A stretch of 58,252 bases of DNA, filler included, from Sphacelaria rigidula (lineage: Eukaryota), in assembly GCA_964200075.2 (NCBI GenBank). It is 9 parts of 9 records of this genome, joined end to end, with 100 filler letters (N's around TTAATTAATTAA, not from the genome) between each part and the next. Parts side by side here need not be neighbours in the genome. Positions count along the whole stretch, not along the records: positions 32,421 to 38,803 come from CAXNAA020020420.1; positions 38,904 to 45,286 come from CAXNAA020020421.1; positions 45,387 to 51,769 come from CAXNAA020020422.1; 6 more parts are not named here. The stretch is one strand, 5' to 3'. Under the pieces are notes generated by a model. It was not told the origin of the DNA. It worked only from the letters and a program-made list of their open reading frames with translations, and searched no databases. The translations under genes and the position numbers were made by a program. Positions within the stretch are counted from its first letter, which is position 1, and the number at the start of each line of letters is the position of its first letter. Of this stretch, positions 38,373 to 51,257 are shown piece after piece.

Positions 38373-41351
38373 GTCGTACGAAGTATTATTTACAGCATAT
38401 CCGTCAAGGTGCCTTCGTGGGAAGTTTTGAATCTATGTCGCCTTGCCTGTTCCTCCGCTGCTTTTTGTTGCATAGGCCGTTGTAGGCGTCTATCGCCTGG
38501 TCCGATAGAACCTTCTTGTGGGTTTCATAGATGCGCGTTTAACCACATAACAAGCCAAAATTTCTCGATTTTTATCGGTGTTGCAGACTGAGAGTCTCTG
38601 CCTGACAGTGCGACCTCCACGTAGCCGGATCTCAAGATGGTTTTTGTATAGTAGTCAGCGTCAGAAGTATGCAGAATCCATAGTTTCGTAGTTTCTCAAA
38701 GATTGTCCAAACCTGTTTTGCTTGCCACCGCTCATCACGGTGACTGTTGGATGCAAAAAAATGGGCATCCGGAGATATTTGAATCCTCCTGACAAAGATG
38801 AAANNNNNNNNNNNNNNNNNNNNNNNNNNNNNNNNNNNNNNNNNNNNTTAATTAATTAANNNNNNNNNNNNNNNNNNNNNNNNNNNNNNNNNNNNNNNNN
38901 NNNAATTTGGACAATCTTTGAGAAACTAAGAAATTACGGATTCTGCATATTTCTGACGCTGACTACTGTACGTGTACGATGAACAGTCGCGCCGAGACGG
39001 ACAAAGCGGCAGTAGAGAAACGAAGCAGACCAGCAGATAGCGAGTGGTACATTGCCGTTGCGGGGGGTCAACGCAATGCTGGTGTATCAAAATACCCCCA
39101 TCTTAGTGCGGCTGGTTGAGTCGTTTTGTGGCTACCAGCCCTGCCCCCTACCAGCAGCAGGGGCCACCACGTTTCCGGGTGCAATGAGTACCTCGGCGAT
39201 GCCGTATACCCGCCCTGTACTGCGTGTTCCTCCTTCCGGCGGAACGTAGAGTCTGGCTCAACAGGTCGAGCGGTGTACACCGGAGCTGGTTGTGTCTTTC
39301 CCAAGCCACGTTTGGTATTGTACAAATGATAGATATGGGCAGCGCCTTGTTCGTTGAGATTGAAAAACAGTGAACACAGTACTCGCATGAAGTTTGCAAG
39401 AGAGTAAACAGCACTGCGTGGCGACTGACTTTGCGTTTCCAACACACATCAACACGAAGACAATACAGCAGCACAGGCAATCCCAGCGGAGACCAAACCA
39501 TCTTCACAGTAGAGGGGCGGCTTCTGCACATGGATGATGGCGTGAGCGTATTCGTGCTGCAGTGAAGGGAGACAGGACATGTCCCATGTTTGAGTTCCGC
39601 GCCTGATTTCAAATGCGTCCCATATTTCGGCCGCTTCGCACAAAAAATTTGATTCACTACAGAATTATCCTCATGTATGGGTCCTGTGCCTGGAAATGTT
39701 TCCTCTGCAGGAATTAAGCGTACACATGTGTAGCAGACTCGATGGACATCACACGAGAAGTTGCCGAAAATGCAGTTGCTAATTGCGCGACAGGTATATT
39801 GTCGAGGGGCATCCGATTCAACCAGGTTCGAGGATGGCGCTTCGCTCATCACATGACTCGAACTATACTTTGCCAAGCCTTGACAGTGGCGCTCAAGGCT
39901 TCATCTTGTGTGGTTACGGCTCATGTCCTGTTCCCAAATGCTTCATTGTAACATTCACAGTGCGAAGTATCATGTCCTTATTGCGCGAGTGTAATTATCA
40001 GGAGCTTGATCTGAATCAACACGTGCTCCTCTGCTATTCCTCGCCTGATCCGCCTGTTGCTCTGGGTTTCTGGGCACAAAGCGTTGCGTCTGACTCTATT
40101 CAACGCGGGCGTGAACCGTTGTGGCTTGAGCACATTCGAAACCACCTAGCGGCGTAACTCCTGATCAATTCGCACCATTTTTACTCGAAAATGATTCAAA
40201 AGGTTGATTTTTGCAGGGTGGCTGGCGGAGCTCAACCATTACCCGTACATCAACGGGAGGAGGGTACTCGTAACACTTCCACATCCAATGCGTGTTTATG
40301 ACACTCGAGCGGAGTATGGCGGGGAACAATACAGAGGTGTGCATGATCCGACAATGGGAGGTATTTGGAAATAAATAATATATCCACTACAGAGTGACGA
40401 ATACTGTAGTGGCGAGACCGATGTTTGCGGATTGGCGACGATCTGTATCAAAATGCTGATGTCGACCCGAATCAACGTTGGAGCCGGAGTATCGACCACG
40501 ACGGGGCTACGGAAATTAATCGAAAAATATTCTAAATTGAGCGGAGCGGAATGCCAGGTTCATCAGCCGAGCGGCATGACATTGTGCTAAAGGTTAGCGG
40601 CCCCCACCCTATATGACCCACAAGAACACAAGTAAATGCACAAGGCAAATGGGGCCCATCATCAGTGTGTGTAATAGAAATTCAGAGAGGCCCTTGGGAG
40701 GCTCAGGAATGCGCATCATGGTCTTGATTATCATCTCGTCAAACCTGATCGCACCCCACAACATGTTTCGAGGCATTCATTTCACCTTTTCCAGCACAAA
40801 AATCGACCGTCATGGTCGACGAGCGCGGGAAAGGGGAAGGGACCGCTGAACCCTTTCGGCGATGGAAAACAAGGTATGCAGAGCATGGGGTACGCGGAGT
40901 GCCACGACAAGACGGGTATTAAAAACTCCGGCGTTCTCCTTCCTCCTGTATAAAATGCGCGTACTTGTACCAAAAAGCGTAGACTGGCGTCTAGGAAGAT
41001 GATATAATGTGACGTGCAGCTTGCATGCCTTCCGAACAAAATATGGGGCCATGATGAACATTCTCATAAACGCATGTGCGCGAAATTGTACTGTGTCAAT
41101 CTCAGAGCTGCTCGGGTGTCAGGAGGCGAACGGCTAAAAAGATCCATGCATAACCCCCGAAATGACTGGTGGCGAGGGACACGAAATAACAGTGGAACGG
41201 AATTACTCCGGGAGTCGACCATCAACAAGAGAACACTAGTAGACACCGCAGTCAGTGACATGTAACAACCCCTTCACCAAGGAGAATACAAGGGCGTCAG
41301 CATGAAAGACAGCAGTAGATACTAGCACACATTCAAGAACACTCGACACAC

Positions 41352-42191
41352 CTTGTACTCCTTGAACGCCAACTGGATGACCTGTGCCTGCATATCCCTG
41401 GTTTTCGGCTGTTTTCCGCCTTTTCTTCCCTTGGCCGCTTTAGCATGTTTTCCGCCTTTTTTGCCACCCAGTCCAGTTCTGTGCGGCATGAAACGACCGA
41501 AAAAGGGAGCAATGATTCAACAGCGGCACACGATACTCGACTAATGCTCGATCAAGTCAGCATACCGACGTATACCAAGCGCGTAGGCACCAGGGAATGG
41601 CACACTACTGAAGGTTGCTCCGATATCCACATGCTCTTCCGCACTTCACGCGGTGATGTTGGGGGTATATACAGGGTGTGCGTCCGGTGTCGAGATGCAT
41701 ACATATACATACCGACACCAACCATGGGATAATCTATTTGACAACGATGGAACACGAACGAATCCCATACCGTTGATGTTCAGTATTGAGAGTCAGCTTA
41801 GACAGGACATCCTCTGGCTTTGGTACAGGTCACCTCTCTCGTAGTTCAGGTATGTTCATGTGACTACCATGAGAGTCGTGAGGGTTGGTGAAGGTTCCCA
41901 TTGGACTTGGCGTTTCTCTCGTCTGCGAGCCTCTCTACCAAAATTATGGGGCAGGGTGGTTCCTCCGTGCATCGTACTTCGTGCAGGCATCTTTCATCAA
42001 CAAAACAATTTTATACACGGACCTCTTCAGGCCTGAAAAAATCATAGATAAACCAAGGATAAACGAGAGAGACTCACTTGCGAGTAATGTAGCCGCGCGC
42101 GATCTTTTGGACGGCCTTGGCTGCCTCGTTGGTGTCCAGAGTCATGCTGTGGAAAGGTGTTTGTCGTTGACCACCACGTGTTGCTTCGAGC
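41352..42191 (-). CDS. Internal exons of an IQ-motif (calmodulin-binding) protein: 42191-42078, possible microexon 42032-42023, 41934-41834 and 41478-41352
   Basis: AG/GT-bounded exons with compatible phases encode EAAKAVQKIARGYITRK (IQ consensus IQxxxRGxxxRK) and DMQAQVIQLAFKEYK (IQ-like). The gene probably extends on both sides, but other exons were not resolved. Confidence 0.6.
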
Positions 42192-44538
42192 CTGGAAGGG
42201 TGTCAGGTACGAAAAACGGGGAGAAAAAGTTGACATTATTTCCTACACTTGTGTTCATGAAACGATGCATGCACTCTGAACTTGCTCCATATCACTTGGT
42301 AATGCTACAGGGTACTTTTGTATGTCGCGTACCGCATATGGTGTATGCATGCGCTCATGCACCGTCTTCCCCCCTTGTGCTAGCATGTCCCCAATTCACA
42401 GCGAACACGACGTGTAGGGGATTATCTTTCGTGAGAGTGTCGGTGTCTCGAACTTGAAGAGCGACTGGTTGGGATGGGTGACTGCCGATTGCAAACGTGT
42501 TATGCCTGCTCTTCTTCCGTGAGTAACGTTCCATGCCGACTCTCGCTGCCGAGGAACACGAGGTGAAACAACATGAACAAAAATCATTGCAACGAAGATG
42601 TGCCGAGAGCATGACATCATTTCAATTCATCATTTCACTCATGAACAACCGCTTGCTTCCGCCCGGCCACTGTCCCCGTTGCCTCACCTCGTGTTGGTTG
42701 AAACCCGGCCCCGACAGCTGCATAAATACATCTAAATGCCAACGATGTGTAGCATGATACCCAATACCGAATGGCATGCGGACAGCCGGTGATATGGACT
42801 GGATTCATGGCAAAAAGAGACAGCCTCGTCGTTTCTCTTGTATAACCGGACTCACCCGTTTCCGACAACATGATGTACAACGGCGCGCGCACCTGCACCG
42901 GTTGTGAGAGGGTAAAAAACAAGAGCAGGCAACGCATCCGGCATCCGAGTGCGGGGTCATTTATGATTACGGGAATGAAAACCAACAGGTGTCGCCCACT
43001 CACCTCGCGTCGAGAGCTAATCTGGAAGGCGCTAAATGATCCAGAGATCCTTCGAAGCGGATGAACTGGAAAGAAAGAGGTTGAGTTGGTATGTGCGCTG
43101 GTGGCTACCACGAACAGGTGGGGTGATTTTTCAGGGGCACTGTAAGGGTGTGGTTCCAAAGGCAATTAAGCCCCAGGCTCCGTCAAAGATGCGGGTCTGA
43201 GAAATGCAGCCACTATAAAACCCAGTCATTTGCCATGGTGGTTGCCCATCTGGATTGCTCGCGACGCATGACGCAAGACATGAAATGAATGATACGTCTG
43301 CAAGGCTATGTATACATATCTTTATTGCACCCTGGACCATACGCCCTATTAGCTTGCCCATCACCTGCATAGCGACACAAGAACAGAACCATTTCTCCAG
43401 GATGCTGGAACAATACCGTGACTGCATCTACATACCACGCGCTTCCTTTGTCATACTCTACAAACGCGGTGCTCGGGCACACCTCTCCCGTCTCGTTGCT
43501 CTCCATCTCTGCCGGGGCGCTGGTGCTCCAGTGCCGTAGTTCTTGTGGCACTGCTGAGGTTTGTACGACACATATTCTCAGCAGTTTCGATCTCATTCTA
43601 GAGAAACTGATTCGAATCGTGCAATCAAGGTGACGATGATGCAGCTTGGGGGTCGGGCACTAGCGAGACCAAGGGCTGCTCGGGCAGCCGCGGCGGCGGC
43701 TTCTTCGGCGCGGGCGCTCTCCACATCAGAATGTCAGTACCCGCCATACCCTTGAGACATGCGCTGCGCCCATTTTCTCTCGTGCGTATGTTGCACTTAA
43801 TTCCGTTTGCCTAGCACTGTACATTGTATGTGGGTCCGATAGCAGTGATGGCAGTACGATCAGTTCACGGCAGGTGCTATCCCATGCGTCTGCGGCTTCA
43901 CTCCCTTCACCCTATCGGCTGCCTCCTGTTTGTTGTTTACATCGACGTGACCTGTACTGCATTCAGCGTTGCATGGGAAACCTCCGCTGAAATACCAAGC
44001 TGGTTTGTTATGATGCTGTTTCGATAATATTCCAAGGTGCGACATGCACGACAGGCGAACAAAGAAATTCATGCGTCTGTTCCACATCTCTCGTGCCTCT
44101 CCAGCGACGGTCCGCGAGGATTTTTATCGTAGAGCCAGTAGTCAATCTCAGCCGGCATCAAGCATAACCTCCATAGCTAATTCAATTACACCTACCGCAG
44201 CAGACAGCTGTCGACATTACCATGATTTATTGGTGAGTAATGAGATGCAGAGATTGGCGCTTGCACAAGTTATACCCGACTGCGGTCCTTCTCCCTCGGC
44301 GGCCTGGCTATGAACCCCGTTTCGGAACGGTAGTTTTTCTGGCGGTCCTGGCGGTGACGGGGATTGTTGTACGAGCTGGGCCAGCAGGAAATCCCGCATT
44401 TGCATGTCACACCATAAGTTCTCAAGTTCACCACATCAGCCCGACTTGAGTATATCGGTCTGACCTGCAGACCAACCTGGTAACGCACGCTACCGCCGCC
44501 GAATGAAAGAAGAAATGAAGAAAAAATGTACTGCACAA

Positions 44539-45010
44539 GACCGAGTCTAATGGCAGCCGTTCAAAATTCCAGTCGAAAACTGCCTTTTTGGCCCTTCTCC
44601 GTCGTTTTTCGCCTGAAAAAAGGGCTACGTGGCTGTTGACGCCTTGGGATGACTTGCTTTACTCATTGAGGCCGTTCCAGGGTAATTTTGCATTCCCTGC
44701 TGGCCGCACCTTCATTTTTGGCCGTACACGGATTTTCAACAAGAAACGGCCAAGCGATAAAACAACAGGGGGGAATTTTGATCACCTGACCGTTTTTTAC
44801 TGAAAATTCGTGTTCGGCCTGATTTGGTCAGAACCAAAAGTGCCGCCAGCGGGAAATGCATAGTTGCCCTAGAACGGTCTCAACGAGTAGAGCAAGTCAT
44901 TCCCAGGCGTCAACATCTGCCTAGCCCTCTTTTCCAGCGTAAATCGACGGAGAAGGGCCCAAAAGCTAGTTTTCGACTGGAGTTTTGAACGGCTCCCATT
45001 AGAGTTGGCC
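44539..45010. mobile_element. Tourist/PIF-Harbinger-like MITE, 472 bp
   Basis: The whole element is an imperfect palindrome with termini GACCGAGTCTAATGGCAGCCGTTCAAAA / TTTTGAACGGCTCCCATTAGAGTTGGCC and flanks CAA/TAA. Confidence 0.8.
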
Positions 45011-46646
45011 TAAGGCCGCGTCTTAGAGACTGCAAAAAGTCTAAGAAAGCTGTTTTGGTCAGTCTCCAGATAATTTTATCAGAACGCGACCCTAGAGGCC
45101 ATTTTTCGTGAAAAAAGTATCTGGAAACTGGCCACAATTCGCAGACAGCGGGATTTCGACAAATCTCTCTGCAAAAAACCATCGATTCGCGGCCACTTTT
45201 CTCTGTCTGGGAATCGTCGTTCCATCACACATTCCTCGCACACCACACCCGCAATGGTACAATCAGTGCTCCATCACACACTCCTCNNNNNNNNNNNNNN
45301 NNNNNNNNNNNNNNNNNNNNNNNNNNNNNNTTAATTAATTAANNNNNNNNNNNNNNNNNNNNNNNNNNNNNNNNNNNNNNNNNNNNCGTTGGACCTTCCG
45401 CGTCTTCGGGCCAACCAGCAGGGGTGCTACACTCTTCTGGTCGTTGGGTTTTGGCCTTTTTTCGTGGGGTGTAATTTTACCGAAAATGGCTACGGTTGAC
45501 TGCTCGGCGTATCTTGTGCTGAGACGGCGGTACGGTCACCACTTCGCAAAAAACGGTCGACACTACTAGAAGAAAAAGAGCAAAATATCACTTTTTAGCA
45601 GAGGGCAGGGTATACCCTTCTGTTTTGCTCACAAAAAAGGGTACTCATTTTCGGCGCCGTAGTTCAGCCCAGTAACAATGGGCGGGTATGCTGCCCAGAC
45701 ACCTTGGGCGTGGGGCTGAGGCGCTGGAACGTGTTTTCGAGGCGTTTAGCCCTCGTGCAGCGCCGCGCCCCAAAGCGAAAAATGCGTTACCCTTTCTCGT
45801 TCCAAAAGTACCAGGGTGTACCCTTTTTTTTTATATTATCCCCAAAAAATCAAGCCGCTTCGTTCTCAGAGATGTCTGAACGTAGATTCCGAAAAGTCTG
45901 CAGAATTCTGAAATGTCCGAAAAACACAGTGTCGATGAAAATGGACCCAATCCCAAGCTGTACTTTCCCCCAACATCCCAGCAAAAAGAAACGAGACCAA
46001 AACTTATGAGACTCGTTCAAATCACAAGCGCCCCCGGTTTTGAGCGAAATGTGAGAAACCGAAACTATATAAACAAAATAGGTGACGTTTTCGGACCAAA
46101 GGGACCCCGACGATTTCGAACTTATTTGGTCTGAGGGCTGGTGTCTGATCACAATCGGCACCCCATGTTAAACCCCCCAACGGAATTGAGGAGCTACTCA
46201 AAGTCGGAGGTATAGAAGTTAACTGTGAGGGACATGCCACTTTTTGCTTGACTGCAGCACAAACACATCTACGCCTCCTCTCATGTGTAGTATACAGTAG
46301 GTGTTACTGTATGTGGCGTGTTGAGACGTTGCAAAGACAGTTTGGTCTCCCCTGAGATTGCCTGATCTGCTGTCTTGTTGTGTTTTGTATAAAATGGCTC
46401 AGTCGGCACGCAGTGCTTTCTTGTCAAAGAAATAATTCCACGATGTGTTGAACGTTATGCATTTCGCAAAGAGCGAGGCGCTTCTTGACCAGATCCACCA
46501 TTCCTGTGCTGTTTCTAGCCTATACTGTAGTGTGGTGCGTTCGGACCCTACGAAGGCGATATGATCCGGGCTGGGGATTGCCTGGACTGCTGTAGTTTTG
46601 TTGCGTCCTGGTCTGTGACGACAACCAGTGGAAGAACTGCTGTAAG

Positions 46647-49130
46647 TCACAATTGTATACCAAAATCACTCGTAATGCGAGCAGCAGCGGCACGAGTCAC
46701 GCGCAATTTACGCAACTCCTTCGTGAGGAGCTCCGGATCGGCCTCAAAAATATCCTTGAAATGCTCCCACGTACGCTTCTCAACTTCGAAACCAACCCAA
46801 TCGACCAACACGATCAACGAACGATCATCTGCTTCTGCCACTCAGACGATACCAGCCATCTGAAATTACCCCTGATTGAAAGCATGCTGGAACACGTCCT
46901 TAACGTCAGCCGTAACATTAAGCTGCGAGTCTGCATAAAAACGCAAACGAGCTACATGGGCGGTCTGAAGACGACCCGAAACAATGTTCTGAATCTCAAA
47001 CACGTGCGGGTGGTGAGCCCCAACCAACAGCCTGGATTCGTTTTTGAGGTTCAACATTTGGGTGAGGTTCAACGGACCATCGAATGACACATGTAGAATA
47101 GTATTCAGGGGTATCGTAGTACATGTTTTCCTGCTCAAAATCGAAATTTCCTTGCTTGAGCGCTTTATACCGGTTACAATGAACGATTGCTTTCCAAGAA
47201 AACCATCCGTTATTTCAGGACTTCCCCTGGGGTCTAATCCTAACCCTGAGGTTGTCACAAATCCTATCTGAGGGGGAGGGTGCCAGCGCTTTCTGTCGCT
47301 GGATCAAACCCCGTCTGGGACCGTCAGGAGGGATATTCAAACTACAGCTGATACGGGTTCTAAATTTCAAGAAACGGCTCGGATTTTGCAAGCGCGTTGC
47401 ACTACAGTAGTATCCTTTGACAGCCTCATCGCGAAACCGGTTCTCAACACAGCCACGGTGGAAGTGGCCATACCAAGGCGTGATAGCAGGTTCAGACTGG
47501 ATGAAGCGCCTCGCATGGGCACTACTGGCGAAACAACCCCAAGCGTGGGACTAACCCTCACCCCCGTTTTGTGTGTCTCTAGCTTTATCGTGGAGCATCC
47601 ATTTTTTCCAACTGACGACTGTATTGTAGTGATGCTGTACTCTGGTGATGGTATATCTCAGCAGACTGCTGAATGATGCTGCGTTTCAAAGATCGCTGGC
47701 GTCTGTCGCCGCATTGGATCGTTTTGCTGAGTGCGCCCGTCGCCGGCGCAACAGTATGGAGTCTCTCTCAGATACTCAACAAGAGACGCTCGAAAACTCG
47801 ACGACTAGTCCAAAGAAGTATGTTGTCAGCATGCTTTGTTACGTGTTCCGCAGCGCTTAGACGCAGGTCCTGCTCAAAGATGCCGCACAATCGATGACGG
47901 TGATTTTCCTGTTGGACTGCTGATCATCATGCTTGCGCTGCCCTGCAGAAACTTTTGGGTTAGGGTTACATGGTCGAAACCGCTTGCGAATCCCAAGCCT
48001 TTTGGACAAAACAAATGAAATTTGGATGGTCTGTTGAACCTCACCCAAATATTGAACCTCAACAACGAATCCAGGCTGGCAACCACTCTCCATGCACCAG
48101 TCCAAGTCGCCATCAATTTGGGCGTAACACCCGGACGACGCACGCGTGTGTACAAGACATAGTCGCCTACCTCACAATTCGGCAATTCCAGCCACGACGA
48201 GGACCCCTCACGCCTACGCGCACATTCAGCGGCAACACCTTCCTGCACTTGAACGTGGAAATGTTCTTGCAAGTCCGAGACTCCTTGCAATGCACGTAAT
48301 TTGAACATCGTCCAAGACATCACACTTCCATTCCCCCGCCGACGAAGATGCCAGCACCGAGAAAGACGTCCGAGGGGTACGATCAAACATCACGTGGTAC
48401 GGCGTACTATCGTAACGACGACGATACGCTGTATGAAGCGCCTATTGCACCGCCGGCAAAACTCTTGCAAACGCACGAGCGTCACAGCCACACCACGATG
48501 CCCGGCGTCGCGCATGTGCGCGCAAATCATCAGACGTACCTGCAACTGCTTGTCAGAACTCGGGATCCACAAAACGTTTCGGCTACGCACATGCACACGA
48601 AACAGACCTTCCTTGTCGAAGATAGCAGTACCAACGTCCGACTCGAAAGATCACACATCCGCATCTTCGGCTCCAGTATCTTTTCGTTGCGCTTGGTGGA
48701 CGACAGATTTCGACGGCATCGAGTCATCAGATTCACACGGACCATACACAGCCACAGCGCGGACAGGCATTTGAATTTCAACTGTAGGCACCTGCATGAC
48801 CAAACTACCCCAATGACACTCAGATGTATCCGAAAACATTGACACCTGAAAATCAGGTCGAAGATGGAACCGCATCACGGCATGAGCCACCAGACCCTTC
48901 GCTGTCGCCCACACCTGCAGCCTGCCCTCCGTCCACGATGCAGCCTTCTTCGGAAACGCCATATCCGGACTGGACCACCCCGCCTGCCAATTCCGTAACA
49001 CCAACCCGAGCACCAAAAGAGCCGCCATGCACAACGCCAACCAACTCGACTTCACTGGATCGTATCGCCGCGGCTTCGTCTTCCCCGAGGACGCCCCAGG
49101 TTTCGGCTGAACAAGTATGGGATCCACGCG
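46647..49130 (-). pseudogene. pol: pol remnant: RT N-terminus, RNase H start, integrase zinc-binding and GPY/F regions, chromodomain
   Basis: KPRRYDP...WSSPDMAFPKK; MFSDTSECHWG; LWIP...AHMRDAGHRG; VGDYVL...KLMATWTGAWRVV; TAHVARLRFY; LVDWVGFEVEKRTWE. Stops, frameshifts and deletions are present, and no YxDD or complete DDE core is visible. Confidence 0.88.
47028..48078. mobile_element. Non-autonomous hAT-like element (1051 bp) inserted in the integrase C-terminus
   Basis: ~55-bp TIR CAGCCTGGATTCGTT.TTGAGGTTCAA.ATTTGGGTGAGGTTCAAC.GACCATC and an 8-bp TSD CCAACCAA/GCAACCAC (6/8). Removing it restores WTGAWRVV-GAHHPHVFEIQ. Confidence 0.88.
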
Positions 49131-49399
49131 CGCATGGGGATCACCCCGCAGCGCACGGCGAAACGCGTTGACGTGGCAATGCAACATGCCGCGTAGGCGC
49201 TCCCCTTTTGACGCGCTCAGGCCTTTTGCCCTAGCATCTGTCATGTTTTCCTCTAGCGCGATCTTCCGAGCGGACTCCTCTTCCGCCGGAATCATGAACA
49301 TGTTCGGGCCGCGCTCTACAAAGCGTTCCACCGCCGCATCCCTCTTCTCGGTCACCTGCCCCCCAGCCTCCTGAAAAGCATCCACCGACAAGCTCACGC

Positions 49400-51257
49400 T
49401 ACGGCTGCCCAAAAAGGCGGCCGTCCTCGCGTGCGGACCAGGCGGAGACAGCCGTGTCTTGACGGAGTCCTTCAACCGCTCATACGGATCGACTCCTAGA
49501 TCCTGTAGCGTCGGCAGCCCCAGAAGAACAACGCCATCCGACCCCGGCATAATGACAAACGAGATCGGAGGCAACGGCGCCAGCCCCCGAGCAGTATTGA
49601 AGGCTAGCTGCAACGGGACAGTACGCCCCGTGACTGAAACATGCTGACCCGACGCGGTGACTGCCTGCCGCGTCCCGAGCGAAAACGGGATGCGCAGCGG
49701 CACACCTGGGAGAAGACGCTCCAGCATCTCAACCATCTGCGCCGGCAGACAAGTGAAATGGGCGCCAGAATCCGACACAGACCGCACCACAATGGCTCCA
49801 CGCTGCCGTTGATTCGGAAGACATGACTCCGCCGGAATGTATCTGTCGGCAAGCTCCACGGGAACTTGTTTCGCTGACCTATGCGCCGCTAACCCCACTT
49901 TACGCCACGGCTGCGCAAGCTGCGCAGGCGAAGACGCCCCCGCAGATTCAAACGGCACCGCCGGCGGGTACGCCCCCCAGCCAGCAAACCAAGAATTTGG
50001 CGATCCTCCGACCAGCGCGTCAACAGGCTTCGCGCCTGGCGCTGCTGCCGGTGTCGCCGCCGGCGTCACCACCGGCACCGGCGCAGTGTTCGACTCTGTG
50101 GAAGTCGGGCCCACCTGCACCGCCCGCTGCGGAGCAACAGCACCTACGGCGGCGCCGGACCCAGAGCCAGACCGATGCTGACGCCGCTGCCCCTGCTGCT
50201 GCTGATTCTGCTGCTGCTGCTGCGACTGCTGCTGAGGGCTCGCCTGCGACCCTCCATCGCCGGAAGATCCGCCGCCGCCACCACGATTACCTCGTCTTTT
50301 GCCCTTTTGCTGACGATGCTGATGGCGCGCGCCACTAGACTGCCCAGACTCTCCACCGTAAGACGTTGGGCAATCGCGTGCGTAATGGCCAATCTGGCCA
50401 CAGCTTGTCCTTCCAATCTGTTTGGTGCTGCAGCTTGACAAGCACGGCTTGCTTGAATGTTTCCGGTGCCAACCCCTCCACCAAAGCCTTGGTAAATACT
50501 GCTGCTGGGCCGGGAATAAACTCACTATCGGGGGAACGATGTAGAGCAATGCTTCGATGGGGGTTGCACTTTTTGTTTCTGGGTCTCGTTTTTGTAGGAG
50601 CCCAAATATATGGGACTTACTGTGCACCCCAAATCTCCGGGGACAGGATATGGAGATGCACACAGGGGCCTTTCCGTGAATCGGCATCATTTTCAATATT
50701 TTTCAAGTGAAAAGGATGCCGATTCTCAAAATGATCCGTGCAACACCCCGAGAAAAATTTTCTCTCAAAAAGTGCAACCCTACCGTAGCATCACGCTATA
50801 CTAGTTCTACGTTCGGATTTTCCGTGAAGTACTTCTGCAAATTGGCCAAGATGGGCTCCACACGCTCCGACATCATTTTCCCCCCAGGATCCATTGCGCC
50901 AGCTTTCGTCACGGCCGCGGATGCTTGGGCCAGATCTACCTCGGCGCCCGCCGCATGCCTAGCATGCTTCTTGATCGCCGCAACCAATTACGGTGAGGTG
51001 AGAGTGCTCTCGTTATGTTCCAAACGAGCGAACACTCTCTGTACATGAGTTGGCACTTGTTGAGCCATTGTCACCACCTGATGCCGCGCGGCACCCCCTG
51101 CATCAGCGTGCTCCACACGCTTTTTGTATTCCAAATGCCTCGTGTAAAAAGTGCGAGATGCACTTTCTGAGTACCTGCCCCCGTATTGAGGAGGTCGCAA
51201 CTCTTCCCGCATGACCACGGGTGTCACGGTGGACGTACCTCGTGAGCCGATAGCCAT
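49400..51257 (-). pseudogene. gag: gag-protease remnant
   Basis: The frame from 51257 (MAIGSRG...ELRPPQY) has in-frame stops at ~50989 and ~50797. Also seen: FTKALVEGLAPETFKQAV, a partial CCHC knuckle CGQIGHYARDCP, and aspartic protease motifs VSDSGAHFTCL and VLLGLPTLQDLG. Confidence 0.85.
50561..50780. mobile_element. 220-bp MITE inserted in gag
   Basis: TIR GGGTTGCACTTTTTG / CAAAAAGTGCAACCC and an internal hairpin GAATCGGCATC...GATGCCGATTC. Confidence 0.8.

Noticed and set aside
38650..38967. Apparent inverted repeat spanning the linker (38650-38711 versus 38906-38967), with an SDADY peptide recalling Copia RNase H
   Set aside because: The halves are on different contigs, so it is only a shared dispersed repeat. 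No flanking Copia motifs (e.g. RRSxSG) were seen.
48651..50696. 681-aa ORF as an intact gene
   Set aside because: Its N-terminus comes from the inserted MITE and an out-of-frame part of gag. The rest is a deleted gag-pol remnant.
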